Positions 52,701 to 63,917 of a DNA stretch of 64,000 nt are shown one piece after another. The stretch is from Macrostomum hystrix. Taxonomy: Eukaryota; Animalia; Platyhelminthes. The notes under the pieces were generated by a model. That model saw only the letters and a list, made by a program, of their open reading frames with translations, ran no database searches and was not told the origin of the DNA. Position numbers and translations under genes: made by a program. Position 1 is the first letter of the stretch. Each line of letters opens with the position of its first letter. The stretch lies in assembly GCA_950097015.1 (NCBI GenBank), contig CATNEN010000003.1, positions 10,168,001 to 10,232,000 on the forward strand, read 5' to 3'.

Positions 52701-54091
52701 CCAGCATTTCTTTTAAGATTGACGTCGGCTCGTGCTTTGATGAGTAAGTCGACCACCTCCTTATGGCCATTTTGTGATGCAATGTAAAGAGGTGACTCGC
52801 CAGTATTTCTTTGAAGATTGACGTCGGCTCGTGCTTTGATGAGTGAGTCGACGACCTCCATATGGCCTTGCTGTGATGCAATGTAGAGAGGTGACTGGCC
52901 AGTATTTCTTTGAAGATTGACGTCGGCTCGTGCTTTGATGAGTGAGTCGACCACCTCCTTATGGCCTTGCTGTGATGCAATGTAGAGAGGTGAGCAGCCT
53001 GCATTTGTTAGAAGATTGACGTCGGCTCGTGCTTTTATGAGCGAGTCGACCACCTCCTTATGGCCATTTTGTGATGCAATGTAGAGAGGTGACTGGCCAG
53101 TATTTCTTTGAAGATTGACGTCGGCTCGTGCTTTGATGAGTGAGTCGACCACCTCCTTATGGCCTTGCTGTGATGCAATGTAGAGAGGTGAGCAGCCTGC
53201 ATTTGTTAGAAGATTGACGTCGGCTCGTGCTTTGATGAGTGAGTCGACGACCTCCATATGGCCTTGCTGTGATGCAATGTAGAGAGGCGACTGGCCAGTA
53301 TTTCTTTGAAGGTTGACGTCGGCTCGTGCTTTGATGAGTGAGTCGACGACCTCCTTATGGCCATTTTCTGATGCAATGTAAAGAGGTGAGCAGCCATCGA
53401 CTTCGTGAAGATTGATGTCGGCTCGTGCTTCGATAAGTGAGTCAACGACCTCCTTATGGCCGTTGCAGGATGCAATGTAGAGAGGTGAGCAGCCATCGTC
53501 TTCTTGAAGATTGATGTCAGCTCGTGCTTTGATGAGTGAGTCGACGACCTCCTTATGGCCATTTTGTGATGCAATGTAGAGAGGTGACTGGCCAGTATAT
53601 CTTTGACGATTGACGTCGGCTCGTGCTTTGATGAGTGAGTCGACGACCTCCTTATGGCCATTTTGTGATGCAATGTAGAGAGGTGAGGAGCCAGTATTTG
53701 TTTGAAGATTGACGTCGGCTCGTGCTTTGATGAGTGATTTCACCAGTCGGTCGTGACCATCCATTGATGCAATATACAATGCTGTCGTCCCTCTCCAGTT
53801 CTGCTTATCTACATCCGCAATGGCTCGGATGAGTTTCACCAGAATTTCATGTCTTCCGAATTCACAAGCGAGCATTGCTGGAGTATAAAATGAGTCTGCA
53901 AAGGCGATGAAGGCATCGAGGCTCCCGCCGCTGACAATGAATCGCTCAACCGCCTCCACTCGGTCATCTCTGATGGCTGCCAGCAGCTCCTCGTCGGTGA
54001 GTTCTTGTGCGTCTTCTCGCTGCTGTGAGTAATGTACTGAGTTCATCAGGTACACCAGGACAGCCGTGAGTATTCTCAGCAAGGGAAACAT
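49799..54091 (-). CDS. Ankyrin-repeat / Mab-21 (cGAS-like) nucleotidyltransferase fusion, candidate cGLR (~1233 aa); exons 54091-52515, 52386-51920, 51456-49799
   Basis: Exon 1: 12 LYIAS..GH ankyrin repeats plus caps. Exon 2: VGSFSEAW...DSDIDV. Exon 3: [46 protein letters not shown] (Mab-21 C-lobe). Donor AG|gtagga with acceptor cttcag|A (phase 2), and donor G|gtgaga with acceptor ctccag|CC (phase 1), give one continuous frame. Confidence 0.85.
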
Positions 54092-54606
54092 TTTGCAGGT
54101 GTCTGCTTGTGGGTTGGGAAAGTGGCAAATGAGCTCGAGTAGGGCAGCTCAGCCTTTGGCCTGAGACTTTGCTTTTGCTGCCCGCTGAAGCCAACCAGAA
54201 GCCTTCCTTGCTGCTGGAGGCCCATTGGCTGCTGAGCTGCTCCGAGTGAGTTGCTTGCACGCACTGGCTGCGGAAAGGTGTAGGCCAACCTAATGCTAGT
54301 GCGCTAAGTTGGATTGTCAGTTAATCTTGTATTGGAAGAGAAAGATTGAAGCGAGTTGAAGAGAGAAAATGATTTCGTATTTGTTTACGCATTCTTGGTG
54401 TTGTAAGCTTTCTGAGCTACCACAAAGTTTACGCGAAGTTTTTTGGTTTCATAGTATAGACAAAGCGTTACTTATGCTTTGAGGGAGAGGAAGGGTGAGG
54501 CAGGTGGAGAGGAAGAGTGAGGCAGAGGGAGACGAAGAGTGAGGCAGAGAGAGAGGAAGAGTGAGGCAAAGGGGGAGAACGGAACAGAGAAGCAGCTGCG
54601 ACACTT

Positions 54607-55729
54607 GATCAGTTTGAGTGACACCATATCAGTTTGAGTGACACCAGATCAGTCTGAGTGACACCTGATCAGTTTGAGTGACACCAGATCAGTTTGAGTG
54701 ACACCAGATCAGTTTGAGTGACACCAGATCAGTTTGAGTGACACCAGATCAGTTTGAGTGACACCAGAACAGTTTGAGTGACACCAGATCAGTTTGAGTG
54801 ACACCAGATCAGTTTGAGTGACACCAGATCAGTTTGAGTGACACCAGAACAGTTTGAGTGACACCAGATCAGTTTGAGTGACACCAGAACAGTTTGAGTG
54901 ACACCAGATCAGTTTGAGTGACACCAGATCAGTTTGAGTGACACCTGATCAGTTTGAGTGACACCAGAACAGTTTGAGTGACACCAGATCAGTTTGAGTG
55001 ACACCAGATCAGTTTGAGTGACACCAGATCAGTTTGAGTGACACCTGATCAGTTTGAGTGACACCAGAACAGTTTGAGTGACACCAGATCAGTTTCAGTG
55101 ACACCTGATCAGTTTGAGTGACACCAGATCAGTTTGAGTGACACCAGATCAGTTTGAGTGACACCAGATCAGTTTGAGTGACACCAGATCAGTTTGAGTG
55201 ACACCAGATCAGTTTGAGTGACACCAGATCAGTTTGAGTGACACCAGAACAGTTTGAGTGACACCAGATCAGTTTGAGTGACACCAGAACAGTTTGAGTG
55301 ACACCAGATCAGTTTGAGTGACACCTGATCAGTTTGAGTGACACCAGAACAGTTTGAGTGACACCAGATCAGTTTCAGTGACACCTGATCAGTTTGAGTG
55401 ACACCAGATCAGTTTGAGTGACACCAGATCAGTTTGAGTGACACCAGATCAGTTTCAGTGACACCTGATCAGTTTGAGTGACACCAGATCAGTTTGAGTG
55501 ACACCAGATCAGTTTGAGTGACACCAGATCAGTTTGAGTGACACCAGATCAGTTTGAGCGACACCAGATCAGTTTGAGTGACACCAGATCAGTTTGAGTG
55601 ACACCTGATCAGTTTGAGTGACACCAGATCAGTTTGAGTGACACCAGATCAGTTTGAGTGACACCAGATCAGTTTCAGTGACACCAGATCAGTTTGAGTG
55701 ACACCAGATCAGTTTCAGTGACACCAGAT
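54607..55729. repeat. 20-bp minisatellite upstream of the ANK-cGLR gene
   Basis: gatcagtttgagtgacacca array. Confidence 0.97.
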
Positions 55730-55879
55730 TACTGAATTGAAATCGAATAGAATGCTCATGGATTGTGATGCGTGCCCGAGATCTGTCTGTCACCGGTCCG
55801 AAAAACATTTTTATATTTCGATTGGATTCCTGTTTGGCCAATAAATATTGTTCAATCTAGAGCCAATCACCGATAGTTA

Positions 55880-55907
55880 GTGTTGCTGTTGTTGTTGCTG
55901 TTGTTGC

Positions 55908-55951
<44 letters not shown>

Positions 55952-58900
55952 TTGTTGTTGCTGTTGTTGTTGTTGTTGTTGTTGGTGTTGTTGTTGTTGT
56001 TGTGGGCGGTCGGTAACAACCGGCACAAGAAGTAGCCGGCCATATCCGGATCCCCCAGTCCGTGGACCAAGCGAATCATCCGGCTGCAGCAAGGCACAGC
56101 CGGGCGTCGTTGTCCCGCCTATCCCAGCAAAACCCCCAGCAACTGCCGCCTCTGCATTAAAAGTAGAAACGGCAGCAAAAGGGTGCTGGCTCGGCTTGCG
56201 CATGGGTCCACTGGGTTCACCGGTCCAACCGTAATTCCGGACATTTTCGTGTCCACGGCCAATGGACCTTCCACCCGACACCTGACAGTCCAGCTCCGGC
56301 GGCCAGCTCCGATGGGGTCTTGCCGGAGTCTGGAGCTGCTCGGAGGTATGCCGGAAGTCGGGCTGTTGGTGTTGTTGCTGCTGCTGCTGCTGTTGTTGTT
56401 GTTGTTGTTGTTGTTGTGGGCTCGGTACTGCAGTCATCGTTGTCAGGCGATTGTCCGGCGTACAAACTCCTCCAGCATGATCCGACACTCCGCCGGTCTG
56501 CTGCTCATATCCGCAAGCGCGGTGATGCCAATGGTGCGCCTGATGCTATCTAACGTCGGGCAGTCCAGCAGTATATGTTCGATGTCCTCCGCCTGCCTCG
56601 CGCAGAGGCGACAGGTGGGGCTGTCATCCCAGCCGACTCTGTGTGCGTACGCTCGTAGCTGTAGCGAGTGGCCTGTGCGGAGACGGGTGTACTCGACGGT
56701 CTCCCGCCTGGTCCATCCGGCCATTTGCTGCCTGTTGATCTTGCGCCCTCCGTAAGTTTCTTCGGACCGTTTGTGCGTCCAGGTGCGGTCTGCCAGCGTT
56801 CTGCGCAGGGCATTGGTTGCCGCCTGGTGCGTCCACTGCCATGGGGAGTTTGCCTGGTCCATCAAGCTGCCTTCTTTGGCTAGCGCGTCCGCAGCCTCGT
56901 TGCCCGGCAATCCGCAGTGTCCTGGGACCCACACTAGGCTAATTTTTCTACCAATGCTGTTCCAGCTGTGGGCAATGCTAGTCGCAATCGGATCGTTCCA
57001 TCGCGCTCGCCGCCTGACGATCGTTGCCAAGGCTGCCGCGCTATCACACGCAATGGTAGCTGTGTTCCAGCCCTCCGTTCTGGCTAGCCATTTAAGTGCG
57101 TCGTCTATGGCTACCAATTCGGCTTGCGTGGAGGAGCATTCGATTCCGGCTGGCTGGCAGCTGCTGCCGATTTCGTTGTTGTCTTGGTCAAACGCGATCC
57201 ATCCCGCACCTCCTTTTTTGTCATCAGTCGTGGATCCGTCCGTGAACAGCGTGACATCAGCTGGCTTGTCTTTGAGCCTCTTCTCGGCTTCCTGCCGGTT
57301 GGCTTGGGCATTGTCCAGCTTGTGGATGGAGTTGCGGTCGAGCTCCAGCGGCTGATTGGTAGACCATGGGGGTGGAGGCAGATCGATGCTGTTTTTGCCT
57401 TCGGTGTTGGTTGGTTGCAGGATGTTTGCCGGCCAATTGCCACGGCACCAGTCTCGCCACGATGGGCGCCGGAGACGCTGCTGCAGGTTGCTTCTGGCTG
57501 CTTTGGCGCGATTGGTTTCCGGTTCGAGTCTGCTGTACTTGTCGTAGCGCGTGAGAGCGTCGAGCTTTCCCCGGCTCGCGATAGTTGTCAGGCCGGCTTC
57601 GGCTAGGAGGGCTTCTGCCGGTGTGCTGGCAAGTGCACCGGTTATGATGCGCGCCGCGGCGCGCTGGCAGCGCTCCAGTTTTTCAATTTGGGATTTTGCC
57701 GCCCATGGCATCCAGGCCGCGGCAGCGTACTCGAGCACCGGCCTGATGAGTGCAAGATAGGCTACGCGGATTGTGCTGTCGTCCATGCCCCATTCCGGGC
57801 CGCCGATGCGCCTAAGTAGGTGGAGTCTTTGCCTGGCCTTCTGGACGCATTTCCGGATGTGTTCCGCGAAGGTTAGGCAGCGGTCGTACGTTACTCCGAG
57901 GAAGCACTGGTGCGGGTTCACGCGGAGTTGCTTCCCATTGAGGTAGATCTCCGGGGCCGCCGACGCATCATTAGGATTCATGGAAAAGACTCCAATTTCG
58001 CATTTGTCCGGGTTGAGGCGGAGGAGCCATCTGCTGCTCCATTTGGCCACTCCGTCAAGCGCTGCCTGGAGTTTGCGCCGGGCTTCTAAAATGCTCCTCC
58101 CTTGGCTCCAGATGGCTAGGTCGTCCGCGAACAGGCTGAAGGCGACATCTCCCGGTATGGCACTCCGAACGTCGTTGATGTAGACGAGGAAGAGGATGGG
58201 CGATAACACGGCCCCCTGAGGCAGGCCCTGCTTCATGGTGACGTGCGCGCCTGTCTCTTGTCCAAGTCTGACCCAGGCCCGACGGTTTGCCAACCAGCTT
58301 TGGATCCACCGGATGAGACGGGCGTCGATGCCTAGGTTGTGCATTTTACTCAGTAAGCCCGCTCTCCACACCGTATCGTACGCTTTGGCATAGTCCAGCG
58401 TAAGCAGCAGCGTTTTAAGCCTGATCTGGAAGCCGTCGCTAATGGCCTGGCTGAGGAGCAGTGCCTGGTCCGTGGTGGCGCGGCCGCTGCGGAAACCGGC
58501 TTGCTCGTCTATGATGAGACCACGGCTCTCAAGCACGAACTTAAGGCGGTTGGCAAGAATTCGCTCAAACCATTTTCCGATAGCTGATGTCAGGCAGATA
58601 GGGCGGTAGGATGGGATCAGTTCCGGATCGGCTCCCTGCTTGAGCAGCGGGATGATTTCGCCCTTCCTCCAGTTTTGCGGCACGTCGGTTTCCGTCCAAG
58701 ATCGTTGGAATAGCCTGTGGAACGTAGCTATGGCACATTGTGGTAGCTCTTTGAGGAGTCGTGGATGGATCCTGTCCGGCCCAGGCGCTTTGGTGCCGTC
58801 CATGTCGTTCAGCGCAGCAATGGTTTCCCCCATGGTGATCTCGCGGCCTTCCGGTCCCAGGTTAGGCGTTTTCCTCAGCGCTTGATTGAGCTCCTTGCGC

Positions 58901-59019
58901 TGCCGGCGGTGCTCTTTGCCAATGATCAGGTTGCTGACTTCTGCGTACGTCTGTGCAAAGGCGGTGGCTTTGCTGGCCTGACTGATGAACTGCCTGCCCT
59001 TATGGGTTATGACCTCTAA
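55880..59019 (-). mobile_element. 5'-truncated non-LTR retrotransposon (RT + RNase H + CCHC; I/Ingi-like group) with (CAA)n tails
   Basis: Uninterrupted frame from ~59019 to 56443; no endonuclease domain; flanked on both sides by (GTT)n/(CAA)n. Confidence 0.92.
56443..58833 (-). CDS. Reverse transcriptase-RNase H ORF2 remnant (open frame extends to ~59019)
   Basis: KAPGPDRI, SYRPICL, QAGFR, DYAKAYDTV, GLPQGAVLSP, FADDL; RNase H FTDGS/AEL/CDS/WVPGHCG..GNEAADALAK; CRLC...HILLDC knuckle. Confidence 0.93.
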   Translation of the reverse strand: MGETIAALNDMDGTKAPGPDRIHPRLLKELPQCAIATFHRLFQRSWTETDVPQNWRKGEIIPLLKQGADPELIPSYRPICLTSAIGKWFERILANRLKFVLESRGLIIDEQAGFRSGRATTDQALLLSQAISDGFQIRLKTLLLTLDYAKAYDTVWRAGLLSKMHNLGIDARLIRWIQSWLANRRAWVRLGQETGAHVTMKQGLPQGAVLSPILFLVYINDVRSAIPGDVAFSLFADDLAIWSQGRSILEARRKLQAALDGVAKWSSRWLLRLNPDKCEIGVFSMNPNDASAAPEIYLNGKQLRVNPHQCFLGVTYDRCLTFAEHIRKCVQKARQRLHLLRRIGGPEWGMDDSTIRVAYLALIRPVLEYAAAAWMPWAAKSQIEKLERCQRAAARIITGALASTPAEALLAEAGLTTIASRGKLDALTRYDKYSRLEPETNRAKAARSNLQQRLRRPSWRDWCRGNWPANILQPTNTEGKNSIDLPPPPWSTNQPLELDRNSIHKLDNAQANRQEAEKRLKDKPADVTLFTDGSTTDDKKGGAGWIAFDQDNNEIGSSCQPAGIECSSTQAELVAIDDALKWLARTEGWNTATIACDSAAALATIVRRRARWNDPIATSIAHSWNSIGRKISLVWVPGHCGLPGNEAADALAKEGSLMDQANSPWQWTHQAATNALRRTLADRTWTHKRSEETYGGRKINRQQMAGWTRRETVEYTRLRTGHSLQLRAYAHRVGWDDSPTCRLCARQAEDIEHILLDCPTLDSIRRTIGITALADMSSRPAECRIMLEEFVRRTIA

Positions 59020-59020
59020 G

Positions 59021-59082
59021 GTTGTTGTTGTTGTTGTTGTTGTCGTTGTTGTTGCTGTTGTTGCTGCTGCTGCTGTTGCTGC

Positions 59083-59137
<55 letters not shown>
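59021..59137. repeat. (GTT)n microsatellite at the 5' junction of the LINE
   Basis: Direct reading. Confidence 0.95.
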
Positions 59138-59138
<1 letters not shown>

Positions 59139-59472
59139 GTAAAAGCGCCAGTTATTAGAGCTAATCGGAACTGATCTTATTGGGAATAAATTCGTCAGGT
59201 TTTAAATGCCAAGGTTTTGCACTATGTAGCCTTTAGGACTTTTTAAAAAGCAAATAACACTTCTCTGTCCGTCTGCCTCTGTCTGTCTGTCTCATAACTA
59301 TCGCGTCTCAAAAAAGCGCAGATGGTAACTTTCTCAGAAGAAAATTTTTTTCACTTTTCATACTTCAGCACTTATTATTGTAGTACTACTTAGTATATAC
59401 TTATACTAAAGTATAGAACTACCCCAGCTAACTGGAATTAAAAGACTCAATTAAGAAAACACTATTTTCCTT

Positions 59473-59540
59473 GGGTTAGGACTCGAACTCTCGACCTCCC
59501 GGTCAGATATCCGAAGCCCTAACTACCGTACCGGAGTAGC
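59473..59540 (-). mobile_element. tRNA-like SINE head fragment
   Basis: Minus strand ...gttagggcttcggatatctgaccgggaggtcgagagttcgagtcc (B-box-like). Confidence 0.45.
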
Positions 59541-59678
59541 TGCCATGATCACGTGGCGCAAATTTTCAGGCAAGCTGCCATGATCACGTGGCGCAAATTG
59601 TCAGGCAAGCTGCCATGATCACGTGGCGCAAATTGTCAGGCAAGCTGCCATGATCACGTGGCGCAAATTGTCAGGCAA
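59539..59678. repeat. 35-bp tandem repeat x4 containing CACGTG
   Basis: gctgccatgatcacgtggcgcaaattgtcaggcaa. Confidence 0.9.
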
Positions 59679-59744
59679 TGCGTCACACAAAAAAGCAAGC
59701 CGATGTCGCTTAGCTGTGTGGCCATGCTATGGGTAGCGTTTTTT

Positions 59745-60120
59745 GGGTTTGGGTGGCGCTTCCTTGTGTTTGGGTGGCGCTTCCTTGTGTTTGGGTGGCG
59801 CTTTCTTGTGTTTGGGTGGCGCTTCCTTGAATTTGGGTGGCGCTTCCTTGTGTTTGGGTGGCGCTTCCTTGAATTTGGGTGGCGCTTCCTTGAGTTTGGG
59901 TGGCGCTTTCTTGTGTTTGGGTGGCGCTTCCTTGTGTTTGGGTGGCGCTTCCTTGTGTTTGGGTGGCGCTTCCTTGAATTTGGGTGGCGCTTCCTTGAGT
60001 TTGGGTGGCGCTTTCTTGTGCTTGGGTGGCGCTTCCTTGTGTTTGGGTGGCGCTTCCTTGTGTTTTGGGTGGCGCTTCCTTGAGTTTGGGTGGCGCTTTC
60101 TTGTGTTTGGGTGGCGCTTT
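59745..60120. repeat. 21-bp minisatellite
   Basis: tttgggtggcgcttccttgtg. Confidence 0.93.
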
Positions 60121-60203
60121 CAGGGCAATGAACGACCTTCATGAGTGACTCGACAACACTGAGGTGGCCGTTCTTTGACTACATGTGGAGAGGTGACTTG
60201 CCT
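60121..60203 (-). pseudogene. Relic of the final ankyrin repeat of an ANK-cGLR paralogue
   Basis: atgaacgaccttcatgagtgactcgacaacactgaggtggccgttct...gagaggtgact matches 52629-52700; translates [26 protein letters not shown] vs [27 protein letters not shown]. Confidence 0.75.
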
Positions 60204-60407
60204 GTAATGAATGCATTTTTTTATTCTAACGACCGAATTAAATGGTCATAATATGCATGAAATACTACTTAAACAGCAGAATATGCGTCCAAGTTTGACA
60301 GATTTCACATAAATGAAGCAAAATGCTGTGCTTCAACTGTTTAGTGACGAATTCAAACAAACACATGAAACAAGGCGCTCCCAAATCCTCACAGAGTCTC
60401 ACATTGA

Positions 60408-61857
60408 CCTCCCCACTCACTCACCAACCACCTAGATCCTCACAATGGCCTCCCCACTCACTCACCAACCACCCAGATCCTCACAATGGCCTCCCCCCAC
60501 TCAATCACCAACCACCCAGATCATCACAATGGCCTCCCCACTCACTCACCAACCACCCAGATCCTCACAATGGCCTCCCCACTCACTCACCAACCACCCA
60601 GATCATCACAATGGCCTCCCCACTCACTCACCAACCACCCAGATCCTCACAATGGCCTCCCCACTCACTCACCAACCACCCAGATCATCACAATGGCCTC
60701 CCCACTCACTCACCAACCACCCAGATCCTCACAATGGCATCTCTACTCACTCACCAACCATCCAGATCCTCACAATGGCATCTCTACTCACTCACCAACC
60801 ACCCAGATCATCACAATGGCATCTCTACTCACTCACCAACCACCCAGATCCTCACAATGGCCTCTCTACTTACTCACCAACCACCCAGATCCTCACAATG
60901 GCCTCCCCACTCACTCACCAACCATCCAGATCATCACAATGGCCTCCCCACTCACTCACCAACCACCCAGATCCTCACAATGGCATCTCTACTCACTCAC
61001 CAACCATCCAGATCCTCATAATGGCATCTCTACTCACTCACCAACCACCCAGATCCTCACAATGGCATCTCTACTCACTCACCAACCACCCAGATCCTCA
61101 CAATGGCCTCCCCACTCACTCACCAACCACCCAGATCCTCACAATGGCCTTCCCACTCACTCACCAACCACCCAGATCATCACAATGGCCTCCCCACTCA
61201 CTCAACAACCACCCAGATCCTCACAATGGCATCTCTACTCACTCACCAACCACCCAGATCCTCACAATGGCCTCTCTACTCACTCACCAACCACCCAGAT
61301 CCTCACAATGGCCTCCCCACTCACTCACCAACCACCCAGATCCTCACAATGGCCTCTCTACTCACTCACCAACCACCCAGATCCTCACAATGGCCTCTCT
61401 ACTCACTCACCAACCACCCAGATCCTCACAATGGCATCTCTACTCACTCACCAACCACCCAGATCCTCACAATGGCCTCTCTACTCACTCACCAACCACC
61501 CAGATCCTCACAATGGCCTCTCTACTCACTCACCAACCACCCAGATCCTCACAATGGCATCTCTACTCACTCACCAACCACCCAGATCCTCACAATGGCA
61601 TCTCTACTCACTCACCAACCACCCAGATCCTCACAATGGCCTCCCCACTCACTCACCAACCACCCAGATCCTCACAATGGCCTCCCCACTCACTCACCAA
61701 CCACCCAGATCCTCACAATGGCCTCCCCACTCACTCACCAACCACCCAGATCCTCACAATGGCCTCCCCACTCACTCACCAACCACCCAGATCCTCACAA
61801 TGGCCTCTCTACTCACTCACCAACCACCCAGATCCTCACAATGGCCTCTCTACTCAC
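60408..61857. repeat. 41-bp minisatellite
   Basis: cacaatggcctccccactcactcaccaaccacccagatcct. Confidence 0.96.
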
Positions 61858-62637
61858 TTGGAATGTTTTCAGGAAACAGGAAAAACAAGAAAATAATTTT
61901 TGGAATGAGTCATGATGACTCATATGCGATTTTCAGAAACAAAGTCATGTGACTTGAAACTGGAGAACCGGTTTTCGACATGCTCACTTGAAAAACCCAC
62001 AAAATACAGCTGAACAGACAAGCTTGACCTCTGTGAGCAAACATGCATGGCCTAAGTAACACCCTGTCCTAAAAACCGGTTTTCCCCAAAAAATTACAAT
62101 AAATAAGCTCAAATCCGAGATGAACATTCAGACTCGGAGCAAACCCGGAGTTATTTATTGCAAGCAATCGCTGTTAAAATGAACAAAGTTTACGGGAGCC
62201 ACATATCGTTGATACATTTGAGATAGGCCTCCATGTGTCCTAGGATACATCCCTAGAGGATTATTGATTGATTGATTTGAGTTATCCGTTATCTTTCGGA
62301 GGTCAGGAGTCAAGAGCAACAGACAGGATCGACTAGCAACTGCCAAGAGACTAACACGCTACAAAGACTCAAGAAGTAATCGACCCAAAAATTCACGGTT
62401 GACCAACAACAACAATGAGAAGCAGAACCGCACGCCCCTCTGCAATAATACTGTCCACAACTAGCCACCAAGGAAAAAGAACATGCAACAGTAAGTGTCA
62501 CGTGACTTTTGTAAATTCCTCGGCCATTGTCCTCCATTGTCTAGAAGTGGAAGTTTTGTGTGTCTGATCAACACAACAAACTCTTCACACTCACAAGCCT
62601 CACACATCCTCAAAATGGCATCCCCAATCACTCACCA

Positions 62638-63588
62638 GCCTCCCAGATCCATCGAGTGCCTGAACAATGGCCTCCCAGATCCCATGACTGCCTCAACAAT
62701 GGCCTCCCTGATCCATCGACTGCCACAACAATGGCCTCCCAGATCCACCGACTGCCTCAACAATGGCCTCCCAGATCCATCGACTGCCTCAACAATGGCC
62801 TCCCAGATCCATCGACTGCCTCAACAATGGCCTCCCAGATCCATCGACTGCCTCAACAATGGCCTCCCAGATCCATCGACTGCCTCAACAATGGCCTCCC
62901 AGATCCATCGACTGCCTCAACAATGGCCTCCCAGATCCATCGACTGCCTCAACAATGGCCTCCCAGATCCCTCGACTGCCTCAACAATGGCCTCCCAGAT
63001 CCCTCGACTGCCTCAACAATGGCCTCCCAGATCCCTCGACTGCCTCAACAATGGCCTCCCAGATCCATCGACTGCCTCAACAATGGCCTCCCAGATCCAT
63101 CGACTGCCTCAACAATGGCCTCCCAGATCCATCGACTGCCTCAACAATGGCCTCCCAGATCCCTCGACTGCCTCAACAATGGCCTCCCAGATCCCTCGAC
63201 TGCCTCAACAATGGCCTCCCAGATCCCTCGACTGCCTCAACAATGGCCTCCCAGATCCATCGACTGCCTCAACAATGGCCTCCCAGATCCCTTGAATGCC
63301 TCAACAATGGCCTCCCAGATCCCTCGACTGCCTCAACAATGGCCTCCCAGATCCCTCGACTGCCTCAACAATGGCCTCCCAGATCCATCGACTGCCTCAA
63401 CAATGGCCTCCCAGATCCCTTGAATGCCTCAACAATGGCCTCCCAGATCTATCGACTGCCTCAACAATGGCCTCCCAGATCCATCGACTGCCTCAACAAT
63501 GGCCTCCCAGATCCCTTAAATGCCTCAACAATGGCCTCCCAGATCCATCGACTGCCTCAACAATGGCCTCCCAGATCCATCGACTGCC
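62638..63588. repeat. 32-bp minisatellite
   Basis: caatggcctcccagatccatcgactgcctcaa. Confidence 0.96.
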
Positions 63589-63917
63589 AGCTCAGTCAGT
63601 AATCAGCTCAGTCAGTGGGTGACACCATGGCCTGGTGCCATTGAAGCTCTGATCTGATTGATTCGATCAACTTTTCTGCCTGTTTTTGTCAGTTAAGCAA
63701 CAGTTAAGAAGGCCTGCTCCGATACGAAATAAAACAGTGAGATTTCAGCTAACAGATTTCAGTATGGGAGTAATCTAGGCTTCAGGGACATTGTGTGCAA
63801 TCAGATCTGGCACTGAGCATGCGTGAATAAGGTGCAAAATGAAAATATTTGTGAAACATTTTATGCGTAACTCGTGCTGTGCTCATAGTACGAATAATCA
63901 CCAAACCATTATTGCCA

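Noticed and set aside
52511-54091. Stand-alone ankyrin-only gene
   Set aside because: The stop lies within a GT donor (AG|gtag) that is phase-matched to the NTase exon, so a fusion is more parsimonious; an unspliced ANK-only isoform remains possible
54607-55729. CRISPR-like regular array (also considered for the other arrays)
   Set aside because: Head-to-tail repeats with no unique spacers, no cas genes, eukaryotic context
55877-56488. Poly-Q protein ORF overlapping the LINE 3' end
   Set aside because: The Q tracts are the element's (CAA)n tails; no domain evidence
60323-63622. Overlapping ORFs of up to ~490 aa
   Set aside because: Read-through of the 41-bp and 32-bp minisatellites
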